64,000 bases of DNA from Trypanosoma brucei (lineage: Eukaryota), in contig CP000070.1 of the NCBI GenBank assembly GCA_000002445.1, forward strand, positions 544,001 through 608,000, written 5' to 3'. The notes below the pieces were generated by a model. That model was not told where the DNA came from. It did not search any database and saw only the letters and a program-made list of their open reading frames with translations. Below, piece by piece: positions 55,448 to 64,000 of the stretch (position 1 is the first letter of the stretch; every line of letters starts with the position of its first letter). Both the position numbers and the translations under genes were made by a program.

Positions 55448-58400
55448 TCAGCGGTTACGGATAACCCATCTCTCCAACACACAACCACACGTAAATGAAG
55501 CAACATCAACCCGCATATTCGGAGTACCACGACGTTTTTCTAAATCATTTACCGGACGGGAAACAAAACGCTTCAGCAACCGTTTGAACCGCCTATCCTC
55601 CTCCTGCAATAAAAGAATCCGCTCATCCTCCTCCACGTCCATAAGACTACAGGAAAAAGAACCAGAAGCGTCAACTCCTTCTCCTGCGCGTAAGCCGTCA
55701 TTTTGCAAAGAAGTTCCAGCACCATATGTATTGAAGGCACCAAGTGCAAGTCCCCTCCTGTCACTATCAAATCCAGAATATAGCACATCACCAGCTTTAT
55801 CACCGAAGGTAGATTCTGCAGTTTCACCAGCACTAAAAGGTCGCAACGAGTCAACTCCTTCTCCTGCGCGTAAGCCGTCATTTTGCAAAGAAGTTCCAGC
55901 ACCATATGTATTGAAGGCACCAAGTGCAAGTCCCCTCCTCTCACTATCAAATCCAGAATATGGCACATCACCAGCTTTATCACCGAAGGTAGATTCCGTA
56001 CTTTCACCAGCACTAAAAGTTATCAACGTTTCAGCAAAAAAATACAACCCTTTAGGGTCCTGTGTTTCAGTTGTGGTGGCATTATCCATAGATATCGCAA
56101 GCATGTCATCAGTGAATTGATCATGGAGATCAAATGCACAATCATCATATGCACACACAATATCTTTGCGGGAGGCGTCCTCTTCACCTTCAATAGCAGA
56201 AGCACATAATGCAAACCGCTCACGGCATTCATCACCTTGCAATCCTTCACGGTCCTGTGTTTCAGTTGTGGTGACATTATCCATAGATATTGCAAGCATG
56301 TCATCAGTAAATTGATCATGGAGATCAAATGCACAATCATCATATGCACACACAATATCTTTGCGGGAGGCGTCCTCTTCACCTTCAATAGCAGAAGCAC
56401 ATAATGCAAACCGCTCACGGCATTCATCACCTTGCAATCCTTCACGGTCCTGTGTTTCAGTTGTGGTGACATTATCCATAGATATCGCAAGCATGTCATC
56501 AGTGAATTGATCATGGAGATCAAATGCACAATCATCATATGCACAGACAATATCTTTGCGGGAGGCGTCCTCTTCACCTTCAATAGCAGAAGCACATAAT
56601 GCAAACCGCTCACGGCATTCATCACCTTGCAATCCTTCACGGTCCTGTGTTTCAGTTGCGGTGACATTATCCATAGATATTGCAAGCATGTCATCAGTGA
56701 ATTGATCATGGAGATCAAATGCACAATCATCATATGCACACACAATATCTTTGCGGGAGGCGTCCTCTTCACCTTCAATAGCAGAAGCACATAATGCAAA
56801 CCGCTCACGGCATTCATCACCTTGCAATCCTTCACGGTCCTGTGTTTCAGTCGTGGTGACATTATCCATAGATATTGCAAGCATGTCATCAGTGAATTGA
56901 TCATGGAGATCAAATGCACAATCATCATATGCACACACAATATCTTTGCGGGAGGCGTCCTCTTCACCTTCAATAGCAGAAGCACATAATGCAAACCGCT
57001 CACGGCATTCATCACCTTGCAATCCTTCACGGTCCTGTGTTTCAGTTGTGGTGGCATTATCCATAGATATTGCAAGCATGTCATCAGTGAATTGATCATG
57101 GAGATCAAATGCACAATCAACTTTTGTAGATGTACTGCGTATACGTGTTTCGTTGGATTTGTTATTTGTTTCCGCTGAGTTATTTTTTGTGCTGTTTTCA
57201 TTGTCTTTATCCGATATGCCTTGATGATTGTTTTCTTTGATTTCGTGTGAATATTCGTCTTTTTTTTTCTCTTCTATTTTTTTTTGTATTTTTTCTTTAT
57301 TTGCATCTTCGTAAATTTCTTCTTTTTGTGTTTTATTTGTGTTTCGTAGTATGTTGAACATGGCGTTTACCTCGTTTTCCATTATCTTATCCCTCTCGTG
57401 CTCCTCCCTGCATATTATTCTTTGCTTGTAGTTTTTCCTTTGTTCATGTGTGTTTATGATCCCCTCTCGTTCTGTTGTCTTTATTTTTTCTGGCTCTTCA
57501 TCGTCTGCCTTTATGTGTCGTTTAGTTGGTGATTGCGTTGAAGCCATGTCCTGTGTTTCGTTGAGCGTCGTTGGTGTGGAGTGTGACACTTTGTCGTTTT
57601 TCCATAAAATATTTATGAGTTCGTATATTTCTTGATCCATCGCCTCATCCAAGTCGGAGTCCCAAGAGTTCCATAGAAGGAGACTCTCATTGGTGTTAGA
57701 TTTTCTAACTGGATATTTTTCAGTTGGATGTCCTTTCTCATCTATTTCCTCTTTCTTTATTCGTGCAGCGTTTAACATTTTTAGTGCCAATCTCATCCTT
57801 GTTTGTAATTTATGGATTGCAATGGCGTGTTCAAGATACATTCGTTGACGTTGTGCTGACTCTTGTATACGCAGCTTTTCAGTTTGTAGCGGATACGCGT
57901 AACTAATCCATTCACCTGGGTTTATTTCCACCGCTGGTTCCTCCTCGTCGCTACACTCGCCGCCATCAACCTTCCTCGTGAGGTTGCGCCTATCGACGCT
58001 TTCCTTGCTAACTATCAAGTTGCGTCTCTCCTCCTCCTTCTCGATTACAGCATGTACATTTTGTAGTGCTAACCACATCTTTTCTTCTGCATCTAACCGC
58101 TGCTGATAAGCTTTAACCTGAAGCACTCTATGTGTCATCATTTTTTGAATTAGAGCGGAATACGCTTCCATTTCTTCTATGTGGAGTTCATGCCGTGCAA
58201 TGTCCTCATCGTGCTGAACCCTCCAACATGGGGGGTCAGTTGATACTTCACGCCGGCTCCTCTCTACACTACCCTTCAGGTCATCTGTGACGATGTGAGC
58301 AATTATATCAGCAGCCGGAGAAAGCGCAGGACTCTTAGAATGGCCTCGCCCCCTGGGCACAGACACTGTGTCGCCGCTGAACAGAATAGAACCGAAGCGA

Positions 58401-58765
58401 CCGATAGAGGTTGTTGCACTCATTGGGTGAGCACGTGCTGCTTTGAACCCCTGTCCAACCTGCCCACCATAAGAACGATGGAAGGCGGAGTTAAGCCTAA
58501 TGGGAGAAGGAGGGTTCTTTTCATAATACCGCGATGCAGACCGCGTGTCAACATCTTCCCACATCCCCACAGTACTGGTGCGAGAGACGCGATCTTGTGG
58601 AGCGGAAGGGGGTGGGGATGACGTGAAGCTGGCTACGGTTTTGCTCTCCAAACTATCCCTTCTAGTCGCCGCACGCTTGAGGAGCCCTGCAGCCCGCGCT
58701 AAACCTCCACGGCGTCTCGATGGCGCATCCGTATTTCGCGATCTCATCAGAAGATGCGCTGGCAA
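55448..58765 (-). CDS. Repeat-containing hypothetical protein, 1105 aa: unique N-terminal region with coiled-coil character, K/E-rich linker, 65 aa acidic Cys-containing repeat x about 5.5, then 60 aa Gly/Ser-rich repeat x 2
   Basis: This is a single continuous minus-strand ORF that spans both tandem arrays and has unique flanks. Other frames through the array (e.g. 56023-57201) are repeat artefacts. Confidence 0.75.
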   Translation of the reverse strand: MPAHLLMRSRNTDAPSRRRGGLARAAGLLKRAATRRDSLESKTVASFTSSPPPSAPQDRVSRTSTVGMWEDVDTRSASRYYEKNPPSPIRLNSAFHRSYGGQVGQGFKAARAHPMSATTSIGRFGSILFSGDTVSVPRGRGHSKSPALSPAADIIAHIVTDDLKGSVERSRREVSTDPPCWRVQHDEDIARHELHIEEMEAYSALIQKMMTHRVLQVKAYQQRLDAEEKMWLALQNVHAVIEKEEERRNLIVSKESVDRRNLTRKVDGGECSDEEEPAVEINPGEWISYAYPLQTEKLRIQESAQRQRMYLEHAIAIHKLQTRMRLALKMLNAARIKKEEIDEKGHPTEKYPVRKSNTNESLLLWNSWDSDLDEAMDQEIYELINILWKNDKVSHSTPTTLNETQDMASTQSPTKRHIKADDEEPEKIKTTEREGIINTHEQRKNYKQRIICREEHERDKIMENEVNAMFNILRNTNKTQKEEIYEDANKEKIQKKIEEKKKDEYSHEIKENNHQGISDKDNENSTKNNSAETNNKSNETRIRSTSTKVDCAFDLHDQFTDDMLAISMDNATTTETQDREGLQGDECRERFALCASAIEGEEDASRKDIVCAYDDCAFDLHDQFTDDMLAISMDNVTTTETQDREGLQGDECRERFALCASAIEGEEDASRKDIVCAYDDCAFDLHDQFTDDMLAISMDNVTATETQDREGLQGDECRERFALCASAIEGEEDASRKDIVCAYDDCAFDLHDQFTDDMLAISMDNVTTTETQDREGLQGDECRERFALCASAIEGEEDASRKDIVCAYDDCAFDLHDQFTDDMLAISMDNVTTTETQDREGLQGDECRERFALCASAIEGEEDASRKDIVCAYDDCAFDLHDQFTDDMLAISMDNATTTETQDPKGLYFFAETLITFSAGESTESTFGDKAGDVPYSGFDSERRGLALGAFNTYGAGTSLQNDGLRAGEGVDSLRPFSAGETAESTFGDKAGDVLYSGFDSDRRGLALGAFNTYGAGTSLQNDGLRAGEGVDASGSFSCSLMDVEEDERILLLQEEDRRFKRLLKRFVSRPVNDLEKRRGTPNMRVDVASFTCGCVLERWVIRNR
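55665..56025. repeat. 180 bp tandem repeat, about 2 copies, coding
   Basis: The motif tcaactccttctcctgcgcgtaagccgtcattttgcaaagaagttccagcacc occurs at 55671 and 55851. Each unit encodes about 60 aa (FSAGESTESTFGDKAGDVPYSGFDSERRGLALGAFNTYGAGTSLQNDGLRAGEGVD). Confidence 0.85.
56040..57120. repeat. 195 bp tandem repeat, about 5.5 copies, copies more than 97 percent identical, coding
   Basis: The motif ggtcctgtgtttcagttgtggtg recurs at 56251, 56446, 56641, 56836 and 57031 (exact 195 bp spacing), plus a divergent edge copy at 56055. Each unit encodes 65 aa (VCAYDDCAFDLHDQFTDDMLAISMDNVTTTETQDREGLQGDECRERFALCASAIEGEEDASRKDI). Confidence 0.9.
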
Positions 58766-60151
58766 CTAACGAAATGCGGTAGTTGTGGAAACACACCCAC
58801 GTACTTGGTAACCGTGATAGGCGTTCAGTCTTGTGCAGATGAGTGACTAATATATATATATTAGACAGGAAACTTGAAGGTAGATGTGCTCCTGGCACCT
58901 TCACACTGAGGGCAACTCAAATGACTAAATTCTTCTTTGTCACCGCTGCTGCTTCCTGTGAATACCTGGTGTCTTAAGGCAACCAGCGTTGCACGTAAGT
59001 GAAACTTCTTCCAATTGCTTTCCGTGTCTCTTTACAGCGATATTGCGTCGCTCGTTATAATACCTAAAGTCACCTCTGCACCACGGAATAACACTCACCA
59101 ACGCATAAGACGTTGATAAGGGAGGGGGAAAGCCTGGCACTTGTCGCACTTTCACGCCGCAGCGTATTGACCTGTGTCCGCAACAGGTGGGTTCGGCTCC
59201 TATTAAGCGCTCAAAGAAGAACTTCCAGGTAAACGAACGCGTCTACAAAAGTGCGCACGAAGACGGTGATACTGTCACGAAAAAAACAGAAAGAGAGAAG
59301 ATTCACACCTCCACTCCACCAAAAATGAGTGGAGAATTCAAACTCCCTTTTACTTAATGCCCTTTTGGTGTGTTTTATACCACCACAGAAGCAGCACCAG
59401 TCACAGGTTCGTGCGAATTTGCCCGGCCCCAACTGCCTTCCGTCGTGCACACACTACCAGGGGGTTAGACAAACTCCGTCAACCTAAAAACAAAAACAAA
59501 ACAAGTGCCAATAAATGTGTATATATGTATAACTAATAACACAATCACACTTAACCTCCCCCTCCCTGGCTATCGGCCAAATTTTCTTATTTCTCTTTTT
59601 TCTTACCTACCTGGAATGTGGGTTAAGAGTTTTTATTACAAAATATTCTTTCTTTTATTTATCCCTGTTTGTTGTCAGGTTTTTAATCCGCTGTACCCCG
59701 TTATCAGCCCACCTGTCGTCCTTTCCTAAATCCCTTTCCTCACTTAATTCAGAGAAACAGCTGCACGGAAAGTGCTTTGAATAAAATGATCCAGTAAATA
59801 CGTCCCACCAATAAGCCTTTGTTGAGATACAGCACCTAATGTACATTTAAAAAAAAACAGAAAAGAAAGGCGAGGAAAAAAGAAAACGAACATCCAAACC
59901 AAATTCAATATCAACAAGCAGACATAACACGGAATAAGATGTCAAAACAGCAGGGACTCCCCCCCTCATACCAACCAAAAAAAATGGAGTGCTTTCACAA
60001 GCAATAAAAAAAAAGAAAGAAAGAACATAACTAAACTTAGTGTTCTTGATCGAAGGGAAGGCAACACAATACCACAAAATGATGCATCGGCAGGCGTGAA
60101 ACAAGACCAAACAAGTCATGGATTGCATCCCATTCAACTCTCCATGCTTCA

Positions 60152-60610
60152 CTACTTGAGGGGAATGAAACGAGAAGAGTGAGTCGCACCAAAACCGGGG
60201 CGGCCGTGAGCGACAGGTTTGTACGTCAGCGAGAACTCTCCAAGATAATGGCCAATCATCTCACCCTTGATCTCCACCGCATTAAACTGGCGACCATTGT
60301 AGATTCCCACAACAGAACCCACCATCTCAGGCGTGATCACAACATCACGAAGGTGTGTCTTCACAGCTTTCGGTTTCTCACCGGCCTTCACGTTCTTCTT
60401 CGCCTCACGCAGGCGCTTCAAAAGCACAGGGGCGCGACGGTCCGCGTGGCGGTTCATGCGTCTACGGGCGCGAGCATGCACAAGTGCCTTGAACTCCTCC
60501 TCAGTGAGCGCAAGTAGTGGGTCGATTTCGTGGCCACGGTACGTGAATTTGTGGAAGGTACGCTCCTTCTTCAGCTGTTCGTACCGCTCCTGTGTAATGT
60601 TCGACGCCAT
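60152..60610 (-). CDS. RPS15: 40S ribosomal protein S15 (uS19), 152 aa
   Basis: It matches eukaryotic RPS15 almost end to end ([20 protein letters not shown]; [69 protein letters not shown]). Human RPS15 ends [17 protein letters not shown]. Confidence 0.95.
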   Translation of the reverse strand: MASNITQERYEQLKKERTFHKFTYRGHEIDPLLALTEEEFKALVHARARRRMNRHADRRAPVLLKRLREAKKNVKAGEKPKAVKTHLRDVVITPEMVGSVVGIYNGRQFNAVEIKGEMIGHYLGEFSLTYKPVAHGRPGFGATHSSRFIPLK

Positions 60611-60642
60611 CGCCTTCTCTCCGTCTACACGATATTAATTAT

Positions 60643-60698
60643 AAGGAAAAGGGAGGGAAAAGACATAAAAGCGGAAAGCCACCAGGAAGGGAAAAGCC
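60643..60698 (-). promoter_or_regulatory. Polypyrimidine tract (sense strand) and candidate spliced-leader acceptor region immediately upstream of RPS15
   Basis: The plus strand here is a purine run (aaggaaaagggagggaaaagacataaaagcggaaagccaccaggaagggaaaag). On the minus (sense) strand this is a CT-rich tract, followed by AG dinucleotides within 30 nt of the ATG. Established kinetoplastid trans-splicing architecture implies a very short 5' UTR. Confidence 0.4.
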
Positions 60699-61376
60699 GT
60701 TACTCCAACAAACGCTTAGGTGTGTTAACACCACTTTTGGAGACGAACACCTTATCACAAGTGACGGCCTCCTCTTCGTTCGTACATATGAATATATAAA
60801 TATATATCAAACTGTTACAATCAGGGGGGAGAGAAACGCGAGGCCGGTGGACCGCAAGTCATCTGAAGAAGTGATCATATCCAAAGCATCGTAAAAAGTG
60901 AACACCTTTCCGCGTTCTGTATCGGAACATCTACATCAACAAACAGCTATAATGAAGACCAAACAGAGAATATATTCAGCCACAAGTTTCCTCGTTTTGA
61001 TTCTCCGAAAATTGGTAACCGCGTCATGGAAAATGTAGCGAAGGATCATCTGCCATGATCTGGCACCAACCCGATCAGCTAGTTGCGCATATCTCAGGTG
61101 GATGTGATCCCGTTGGGTGGGGTTATACACGTACAAATACACATGCGTGCTTATATTTCATACGCATGTATTAACAAAGTCGAGACCCACAGCTGGAGGA
61201 GGGGGGGCTGTGATATTTTTCGTTGGCAATCCCCTCCTTCTTGCTTGTGCTCTTTCCACCTCACCAGCAGCCTCTACCGAGCTTCTTCAGGCCCCCTTGT
61301 CTCACACGTCCTTTTATTTCTTAGCACAACATGATCGCAACCTCTCTTCAAGAGAGGAAAAATTCTTTAAAGGAAG

Positions 61377-64000
61377 CTAATCTTCTCTTTCCGTTTTCGC
61401 ATCTCCGTCAGAAAAGACGCTGTTGGGTATCGAGATGACCGTCTGGCGTAAAGCAGCACAAAAATCGTACCACTCCACAACGTCCTTGTCCGACTGCACT
61501 ACGAGACTTAGTGGCACACAGTCATTTGTAGGGTCCCGAAGACTCGATGTCGGTGGTGACGGTACGTTACTTTCATTCGCCCGTTGTTTTCCTTTGCTAA
61601 TACTTTTAGATCGGCTCCTTCTCCCCTTCACACCTTCACTGTTTTCTCGTTGGTTTTTGTTCTCTCTCGGTGACGGGTGGTTTGTTTTCACGGCGGAAAC
61701 CGTTGGTGAAGAGACCAACTTTGATCCCGATGCATCAATGGAAAAGTGAATCGAGCTTCCAATGTGTTTAACCCGTGTCAGAACATCTGTGAAGACTGCC
61801 TCCAAAGAAATATCTTTGAAAGGTTGAATGAAGGCCGTCCGCTCCAGCCTTAACATATCATACGACTCTGATAGATTGAGGGGTTGCGGATTCTCTTTGT
61901 TCGGTGAAGAATCTCTTTGCTTATCCGCCTTGCTTCGCATGAAAGGGCAGGAGCGCTGAAGATAGGTTTCTGATGGTTCATATTTGTTCTCGTCGAATGC
62001 CTGCATCGCAGCGGTTGAGGTTACGATCGGGAGCAAGAAAACACCCGCGACCACCTGGCTCTCAACTATGAAGGGACCAAGAATACTTTCAATAATATCA
62101 TATACGTATTCATGAGATCTAATGACGAGGCGGCGCCAAAAGCGAGTGAGAACCGACGCGCCTACGCGGTAATGACTACTATTCGGCTCTACTTTCACAA
62201 TGCCTTGTCCTTGGTAGGATGGCCGATGACGCACCTTTCGCTCGTCGGCTCGCGGCGCGGCTTCGTCGGCTGATACATCCTTGAAATTTATCCTCCCACC
62301 AACAACCGGCACGTCACTCTCCCTAAATGTCTCAGCCACCGCAAGAACGACGCAGCGCCCAACCTGCGCATCCATATCGCCCACCACCTTGAGAACCGAT
62401 GACACAAGTTTGTTGTATGTAAACAAGTTGCTTCCGTCTGTGTCATATTTTAATATCCCTGCCTCCGCGTTCCGTAATACTCGTTCCATCAAACCGAACA
62501 ACCCAAGTGGTAGCCGGCCATCCAACACATTGACGAAGAGATAACACAATGGTTGTGTATCCTTGTGCCGCCGAGCAGCGTACCAGAGGTTGTAGCTTAC
62601 TTTGGCAAACTCCATTTCAACTGCGGCGGCGGAGTTATTAGATGGATACGTGGGAGCCACGGTCCCTGACTGGAATAAGTGCTGATGAGGCGACCCGTAG
62701 GTATACGTCCGAAGAAAATTGTTGAGGAAATAGGTAACCACGTAACCAAAAGGAACATTTTCTACGCGTTCCTCCACTTCTGACACTGTTGCATCGAGTC
62801 GAACAAGGTAATTTTCAATACGTTCGAACAATTGGTACACCCGAGGTATGAACATTTTAGAGTCCCGTTTGAAGCGGCACGCCAACCGTAATGCTTCAAA
62901 GCGAGAAAAGAAGTCGTACAAAAGGGAAGAAACATCCTCACCGCTCCAGTTAAGATTAGGAATATCGCAGTCAACGTTGGTGCGCAAAAAGTGGGGAATT
63001 TCGTTCCACATAGAATTTGGGAACACTGGAATGAGTCCCCAAACACCCTCATCCCCAACGGTTTTTAAGAGGTTCTCATCATCAATCCATTCGAGTACGT
63101 TCGCCAGACGACGCAGCGCAAGGACGGAGGAATTTAACTGGTGCTTAAGGTTCATTGCAACCGCTGTGAGTTCTGCAACAATTCCACACGTGCTCTTCTT
63201 TAAATCGACACCCAGATCCGTTTGAATGGCGAAGGGCAAGTTACGCGGTCGTGGCGTCAGAGGTACGTCATCGCCCTCAACCTCGGTGTTCATGAAGCGC
63301 TTCTCATGAATGTATTTTTCAAGGTCAACAATCTGTCCCTGAAGCGACGCTACTTGCAGACGAAGATTATTGTTACTGGTACGCAGACCATTAATTTGAA
63401 GTCGGTACGCGGAGCAATCATCAAAAGCATTATTCAGCAGCTCACGCTGAAGAGTAAGACGCGAATTGCTCATTTCCTTACGTGAGGCCTCGATAAACTG
63501 AGGTGATACCTGCTCACTCAGTTTTTTCACGCCATCCTCATTGGAGTTGATCGCATTTGATGTCTTAGGTTTGTTGTACAGAAAGAGCGCATCGTCTATC
63601 TTGGGCACGTCAATGCGATGCTTTCTAAGGAGCGAACTCAAGTCCTCCACCTGGTTGACGAGTCCCTGGTTAGTTTTAAACACCAGTGTCACAAGCCTTT
63701 TCAGCATGTTGAACTCATCCTCCTTCCGCTCGCAATCATTCAATCGCGTCATCACAATCTCTTTCGCCTTCGATAGTTCGTCATCACGCTGCTTTCGCAA
63801 CGTAAACACCTCCTCGCGTAGTTGTTTTGCCACCGCCTCTGTTTTACGGTTTTCGCGGATAAGTTGAAGTACTTTTCCCTCGAAAAACTTTTCATATTTT
63901 TTATACACTGTTTCCTCCAACCGTTTCACCTCTGATGTGTGCGACTCCTGCATTGCCTCTAGCGCTGAGGCGAGTTCCTTTACATAACGCCGAGTTATCA
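61377..64000 (-). CDS. Hypothetical protein with coiled-coil N-terminal region. The ORF is open to the window edge, so the gene is probably 5'-truncated by the window (at least 874 aa)
   Basis: The ORF track starts at Met 63953, but the same frame stays open through 64000 (…ITRRYVKELASALEAMQESHTSEVKRLEE) with no stop. The N-terminal region is heptad-like and charged. The C-terminal region is complex with no recognised domain. Confidence 0.7.
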   Translation of the reverse strand, partial: ITRRYVKELASALEAMQESHTSEVKRLEETVYKKYEKFFEGKVLQLIRENRKTEAVAKQLREEVFTLRKQRDDELSKAKEIVMTRLNDCERKEDEFNMLKRLVTLVFKTNQGLVNQVEDLSSLLRKHRIDVPKIDDALFLYNKPKTSNAINSNEDGVKKLSEQVSPQFIEASRKEMSNSRLTLQRELLNNAFDDCSAYRLQINGLRTSNNNLRLQVASLQGQIVDLEKYIHEKRFMNTEVEGDDVPLTPRPRNLPFAIQTDLGVDLKKSTCGIVAELTAVAMNLKHQLNSSVLALRRLANVLEWIDDENLLKTVGDEGVWGLIPVFPNSMWNEIPHFLRTNVDCDIPNLNWSGEDVSSLLYDFFSRFEALRLACRFKRDSKMFIPRVYQLFERIENYLVRLDATVSEVEERVENVPFGYVVTYFLNNFLRTYTYGSPHQHLFQSGTVAPTYPSNNSAAAVEMEFAKVSYNLWYAARRHKDTQPLCYLFVNVLDGRLPLGLFGLMERVLRNAEAGILKYDTDGSNLFTYNKLVSSVLKVVGDMDAQVGRCVVLAVAETFRESDVPVVGGRINFKDVSADEAAPRADERKVRHRPSYQGQGIVKVEPNSSHYRVGASVLTRFWRRLVIRSHEYVYDIIESILGPFIVESQVVAGVFLLPIVTSTAAMQAFDENKYEPSETYLQRSCPFMRSKADKQRDSSPNKENPQPLNLSESYDMLRLERTAFIQPFKDISLEAVFTDVLTRVKHIGSSIHFSIDASGSKLVSSPTVSAVKTNHPSPRENKNQRENSEGVKGRRSRSKSISKGKQRANESNVPSPPTSSLRDPTNDCVPLSLVVQSDKDVVEWYDFCAALRQTVISIPNSVFSDGDAKTERED

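Noticed and set aside
55584-56120. 178 aa plus-strand ORF across the 180 bp and 195 bp repeats
   Set aside because: It is antisense to the repeat-protein gene and internally repetitive for the same reason. It is an artefact.
56040-57120. Possibility that the 195 bp array is a CRISPR array or a satellite (e.g. minichromosomal 177 bp repeat)
   Set aside because: The units are contiguous with no unique spacers. They are in-frame within a long ORF and lie in a eukaryotic gene array. The period (195 bp) and sequence do not match the T. brucei 177 bp satellite.
56023-57201. 392 aa minus-strand ORF in an alternative frame through the 195 bp array
   Set aside because: It exists only because the repeat lacks stops in a second frame. 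It has no unique flanks, whereas the 1105 aa frame has unique N- and C-terminal regions.

Overview
This 64 kb window looks like nuclear chromosomal DNA from a kinetoplastid, most likely an African trypanosome (Trypanosoma brucei group). The evidence is that all 22 credible protein-coding ORFs lie on the minus strand with no introns, as in a unidirectional polycistronic transcription unit. They are separated by 0.5 to 2.3 kb AT-rich spacers full of (TA)n, (GT)n and homopolymer tracts. Polypyrimidine tracts lie just upstream (sense strand) of the start codons, consistent with trans-splicing. No plus-strand gene, tRNA, rRNA, mobile element or prokaryote-type system (CRISPR, operons) is supported. 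The genes I can name from the sequence are a 40S ribosomal protein S15, a DNA primase small subunit, a carnitine O-acyltransferase, a mitochondrial carrier, a p47-like SEP/UBX p97 cofactor, a TRAP-alpha (SSR1) homologue, a small TIM with a twin CX3C motif, a tandem CCCH zinc-finger protein, a protein with two cNMP-binding-like domains, and an API5-like helical-repeat protein. The most unusual items are three proteins. One is a 1370 aa protein with FUS-like SY-rich and polyQ low-complexity regions and an internal 306 bp-period duplication. One is an 1105 aa protein carrying a near-identical 195 bp x about 5.5 tandem array and a 180 bp x 2 array. One is a large beta-rich N-terminus / helical C-terminus protein of 1212 aa. 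The first 4.2 kb is gene-free; it may be a very long 3' UTR of the CCCH regulator or a transcription-unit end. I see no evidence of a discrete novel 'system'. The window reads as ordinary core trypanosomatid genome with several uncharacterised proteins.
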